Source: Candidatus Methylomirabilia bacterium (lineage in GTDB: Bacteria; Methylomirabilota; Methylomirabilia; Rokubacteriales; CSP1-6). Taken from it: a stretch of 21,362 bases of DNA. This document shows positions 18,190 to 21,362 of the stretch, piece after piece. Under the pieces are notes generated by a model that worked only from the letters and a program-made list of their open reading frames with translations, searched no databases and was not told the DNA's origin. The stretch covers positions 1 to 21,362 of the forward strand of contig JBGPXN010000073.1 of the NCBI GenBank assembly GCA_041492755.1. The letters run 5' to 3'. Every line of letters begins with the position of its first letter. Positions within the stretch are counted from its first letter, which is position 1. A program made the position numbers and the translations under genes.

Positions 18190-18450
18190 TCAGACCGGAC
18201 CGACTCGCAAGGCCGTGATTCGCGCGCTCGTGTCCCCGTGGATCGCGACGACTTCCCGTCTGGCCACCGCCGCCGCCGTCAGCGCGTCCACCATGCTGTT
18301 AGCAAAGGCGCCTTCCGCGGCTGAAGCAGCGGGTTCGCGCAAGACGAACAGCAATTCGGTGTTCGTCGGCGTTGGGCCGATCCAGATGCACGCCATCGCG
18401 ATTCCAGGAACGATGGTCAGCTGTTGCACGATACCAGTCGTTTCGGCCAT
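18190..18450 (-). CDS. Hypothetical 86-aa protein, paralogous to the peptidase N-terminal domain
   Basis: ATG with a GGGGGAAG upstream element. It aligns by eye to the next gene's N-terminus at 28 of 84 columns. Confidence 0.8.
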   Translation of the reverse strand: MAETTGIVQQLTIVPGIAMACIWIGPTPTNTELLFVLREPAASAAEGAFANSMVDALTAAAVARREVVAIHGDTSARITALRVGPV

Positions 18451-18471
18451 GGCTCTTCCCCCGAGTCCAAG

Positions 18472-18834
18472 CTAAAGCGGCTCCTTGAGAATTCCCGCCT
18501 CCAGAGCGAGATCGCTCAAATACCGCAAATCGCCACGAACTCGAATCACTCCGGCGAAGAACAATTTGCGGGGGTCCTTCTGTCCGGTGAGCAATGCCAG
18601 GATGTGCCGAGTTTCACCGATGATCTCGATCGTCGGCGGCGAGGCGGCGGCGATGGGAGTCGTTAACTTCGCGCCCCCGGGCGAACAGTCCAAGCAGTAG
18701 TCACCTCCGCCGCCGGATGCCCGGATGACGATCGAGCTCTTCCGGAGCATGCGGCAACTATTCAGCCGGGCGACGAGTTTTTCAAGCGCAGCGTCCACGC
18801 GGTCCCGGTCCGAAGGAGCTTTGCTCTTTGCCAT
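18472..18834 (-). CDS. SCP2 sterol/lipid-binding domain protein
   Basis: The C-terminal signature LLTGQKDPRKLFFAGVIRVRGDL is present, with an AGGAGG SD. Confidence 0.8.
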   Translation of the reverse strand: MAKSKAPSDRDRVDAALEKLVARLNSCRMLRKSSIVIRASGGGGDYCLDCSPGGAKLTTPIAAASPPTIEIIGETRHILALLTGQKDPRKLFFAGVIRVRGDLRYLSDLALEAGILKEPL

Positions 18835-19004
18835 CCGGTCCTCCTACTGGGACGCTTCGCACATCACCGTTTCTCGGGCGAGGCCTCATCGCCGGTCCGG
18901 CATCGCCGGCGATTTCTCGGCCCCACGATATCACCGAAAGAGGGCGGTCCGCACTCCGAAACGCCCCTCGGCCGCGCGCGCGGGGAGACTACTGACTGCG
19001 TCTT

Positions 19005-19035
19005 GCCGGGCGCGGAGCGTCGCTCCGCGCCCGGC
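19005..19035 (-). terminator. Perfect GC-rich hairpin after the cytochrome c gene
   Basis: GCCGGGCGCGGAGCG-T-CGCTCCGCGCCCGGC forms 15-bp arms 9 nt past the stop. There is no U-tract. Confidence 0.6.
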
Positions 19036-19044
19036 CTCAGGACG

Positions 19045-19845
19045 TCAGAGGATCTTCAGGAACTCGGTGAGGTCGTTCAGCTCGGCGTCGGTCAGCTTCT
19101 CCGTCGTCCCCGCCTTCTGCATGTACGCCCACATCGCGCGCACGGCCACCTCGAGGGTGGCGTACCGGCCGTCGTGGAAGTAGGGAGCGGTGCGCGACAC
19201 GACGCGGAGCGACGGGGTCTTGAAGTTCCCGCCGGAGTCGACGTCCTCGACGCCCTGCTTGTCGTAGTTGGGCGGAAGATGACACGCCTTGCAGCCCGCC
19301 TTGCTGATGAACAGCTCGTAGCCCCGCTTCGCCGCGGCCGGGGCCGCATCGCTCGGGGTCCCGTCCGCCTTGAGACTCGGGTTCGGCGGATAGGCCAGCG
19401 ACCCCAGGTAGGCGATCAGGGCGTCGAGCGTCTCGGCCGGGGGCTCCGGCCCCTTCATCCGGTTCACGATGATGCCCCGGATGTTGGCGCGCAGGTTGGG
19501 GGCGGTGCCGGCCCACGAGAAGGTTTGCCGCCTGGTCACGCCCCACATCGTCGGCGTGCTGCGGCCCTTGGGATCGCCATCCTTCACGACGTCCAGCCCG
19601 ACGTAGGTCTTGTTGTCGGTGTGGCCGTCGTTAGGATGACAGGTGGCGCACGACCACTTACCGTCGGCCGAGAGTTTTGTGTCGTTGAAGAGATCGCGCC
19701 CCTTCGCCACGAGCATGGCCTCGGCCGACCCGGCCGGAGCCTGGGCGATCTGCACCTGCGCCGCCACTGGCCCGCCGCCGCCGGCTCCGAGCCCCAGCCC
19801 GCAGCTCAGGACAACCGGCACGATTCGAATCCATCGCTTCAGCAT
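19045..19845 (-). CDS. Exported diheme cytochrome c, cytochrome c peroxidase/MauG family
   Basis: Signal-peptide-like N-terminus, G..LF.D.KLS.DG..SCATCH, RSTPT, GCKACH and FKTPSLR...TAPYFHDG. AAGGAGG precedes ATG 19845. Confidence 0.9.
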   Translation of the reverse strand: MLKRWIRIVPVVLSCGLGLGAGGGGPVAAQVQIAQAPAGSAEAMLVAKGRDLFNDTKLSADGKWSCATCHPNDGHTDNKTYVGLDVVKDGDPKGRSTPTMWGVTRRQTFSWAGTAPNLRANIRGIIVNRMKGPEPPAETLDALIAYLGSLAYPPNPSLKADGTPSDAAPAAAKRGYELFISKAGCKACHLPPNYDKQGVEDVDSGGNFKTPSLRVVSRTAPYFHDGRYATLEVAVRAMWAYMQKAGTTEKLTDAELNDLTEFLKIL

Positions 19846-19942
19846 CGTCGCCCTCCTTCGGCGTCGGTTCGCGTGACGCCGGCCTTCGACGCGGCCGCAT
19901 GGTTCCGGCTCAGCGGCCCTCAGTATCGCAGACGGCCGGGCG

Positions 19943-20758
19943 CTACTCGGCGAACTGCGACATCCGCCAGCGCAGCGCCGCCCCCAGCCCCTCGTTCTCC
20001 CGGATCTCGTCGAACTTCGTCCCGACCTCGGTCCGCGCGGCGTAGAGCGGCGCCAGCACGTCCAGCCCGGCCCGGATGGCGTTCCGGAACCCGGCGGCAT
20101 CGGCGCCGCGATTGATCGCGAGCTTGGTGGCCCTCAGCGACTCGGGGGAGATCAGCGCCATCCGGCGCGCGAACTTCAGGGTGGCGGCCACGAGCTCGGC
20201 GCGGGGAACGACGCGGTTCACCATCCCGTACGCGAACGCGGTCTGGGCGTCGATCGGGTCACCGAGGTAGAGCATCTCCCGCGCGCGCTTGAGCCCGATG
20301 ACGAAGGGCATGACGAGGGCGGGGCCGACGTTGGAGAACCGGATCTCGGGCTCGCCGAAGAGCGCATCGTCGGCGGCGATCGTGAGGTCGCACATCATCA
20401 CCATCTCGCAGCCGCCGCCGAGGCAGTGGCCCTGGACGGAGGCGATCACCGGCTTGCGCATGTCCCAGGGCGTCATCTCGATGGCGACGTCGTCGCTGAG
20501 CGATTCGTGCCAGGCCAGCGCATTGCCCTTGCGCGCGGCCCGGGCCGGGTTGGGCGAGATGTCGTAGCCGGCGCAGAAGCTCCGGCCCTCGGCGCGGAGC
20601 ACGACCACGCTGGTGTCCGGGTCACGGTCCGCCTCGTCGAAGCGCTCGAAGAGCGCGCGCTTGAGCTCGCCGCTGATGGCGTTGAGCTTGTCGGGGCGGT
20701 TGAGCGACACGATGCCGACCTTGCCGTCGACGGCGTAAGTGACGACTTCTGGGGTCAT
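19943..20758 (-). CDS. Enoyl-CoA hydratase/isomerase family protein
   Basis: Motifs LNRPDKLNA, FCAGYD, KPVIASVQG.CLGGGCE and FGEPE are present, so both catalytic Glu are retained. AAGGAG precedes ATG 20758. Confidence 0.93.
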   Translation of the reverse strand: MTPEVVTYAVDGKVGIVSLNRPDKLNAISGELKRALFERFDEADRDPDTSVVVLRAEGRSFCAGYDISPNPARAARKGNALAWHESLSDDVAIEMTPWDMRKPVIASVQGHCLGGGCEMVMMCDLTIAADDALFGEPEIRFSNVGPALVMPFVIGLKRAREMLYLGDPIDAQTAFAYGMVNRVVPRAELVAATLKFARRMALISPESLRATKLAINRGADAAGFRNAIRAGLDVLAPLYAARTEVGTKFDEIRENEGLGAALRWRMSQFAE

Positions 20759-20842
20759 GACAGGCTCCTTGCGGGGCGATGCTCCGCGCTGGATTCGGCG
20801 CCCCCGTAGATCGCACATCGTTCGCCGGATGTCCAGCCGCGG

Positions 20843-21362
20843 CCCCGGACCATAACTCCGCTCTAAGGAGTGCCGAGACCGGTCGGGCGGGGGTCAAGAA
20901 ACGCGGGGAGGCCTGAACGGGGAGGGGGCGGCGCGCGAGCGCGGAGGCCCGCGCGTGGCGCGGCGGCGGCTACCGGGTGGGCGCAGGCGACTGGCCGAGG
21001 GCCTGGCGGCTCGCCAGAAGGCGCTGCCGAGCGAGGACCAACTCCTCGGTTCGCTCGCCGCTCGCGGAGAGGTTGGCAATGAGCTGACTCTGGTGGACCG
21101 ACAGACGTGCCGGCGTGGTGAAGATCTCGAACCGTAGCCGCTTGGGCCGGGCCAGCCGGAAGCGCTCCGGCAGGGCGTGGCGCTTGAGCAGGGTCAGGAG
21201 GTTGTAGGTGATCGCGTTGATGCGGAACCACGCTGCGTTGGCGCCGAACCTCTGGCTGGGCAGCACCCCAGCGCCCAGCTCGTCCTTCATGCTCCGGTGC
21301 ACGTGCTCGATAGTGCCCGCCTTCTCCCAGTGCCAGCGCACGAGCTCCGCTGCGCTCATCTC
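20843..21362 (-). mobile_element. Right part of an IS1380-family insertion sequence
   Basis: Transposase 3' end plus about 100 nt of non-coding sequence. The terminus is estimated at 20843-20880 and cannot be fixed without the other end. Confidence 0.6.
20970..21362 (-). CDS. IS1380-family DDE transposase, C-terminal part (5'-partial)
   Basis: W...GTIE.VH..MKDELG...LPS.RF.ANAAWF.....YNL and K.LRF..F..PARL are characteristic of this family. Confidence 0.85.
   Translation of the reverse strand, partial: EMSAAELVRWHWEKAGTIEHVHRSMKDELGAGVLPSQRFGANAAWFRINAITYNLLTLLKRHALPERFRLARPKRLRFEIFTTPARLSVHQSQLIANLSASGERTEELVLARQRLLASRQALGQSPAPTR

Noticed and set aside
19846..20100. N-terminal extension of the cytochrome c ORF (351 aa)
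   Set aside because: It overlaps the hydratase gene. The SD and signal peptide point to ATG 19845.
1..21362. CRISPR array, tRNA or rRNA
   Set aside because: No regularly spaced repeats or RNA-gene signatures were seen, and intergenic gaps are short.

Overview
This is a high-GC bacterial window. Its gene content and a REP-like intergenic element suggest a Rokubacteria/Methylomirabilota-like soil organism, which is an inference. Left part: the end of a probable beta-helix protein, a degenerate Uma2 nuclease, and a minus-strand catabolic run (9350->930) encoding a MetE-like protein, an acyl-CoA dehydrogenase pair (one copy broken by an in-frame TAG), an atypical crotonase, a GGT-family hydrolase, an ICL/PEP-mutase family enzyme and a CoA-transferase III. 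Centre: a Uup-like ABC-F gene preceded by an unannotated 17-aa Lys-rich uORF with a very strong SD. Right-centre (about 11.4-19.0 kb): an accessory block in which a zinc-ribbon/cyclase/STAND/TPR gene converges on a seven-gene minus-strand cluster. That cluster encodes an SCP2 protein, an 86-aa protein, a zincin metallopeptidase whose N-terminus is a second copy of that 86-aa domain, a 94-aa helical protein, an ATP-grasp ligase and two small coupled ORFs. The promoters of the cyclase and ATP-grasp units resemble each other. This block is the best candidate for an undescribed system. Right end: a diheme cytochrome c, an enoyl-CoA hydratase and the 3' end of an IS1380-family transposase. I saw no RNA genes or CRISPR arrays.
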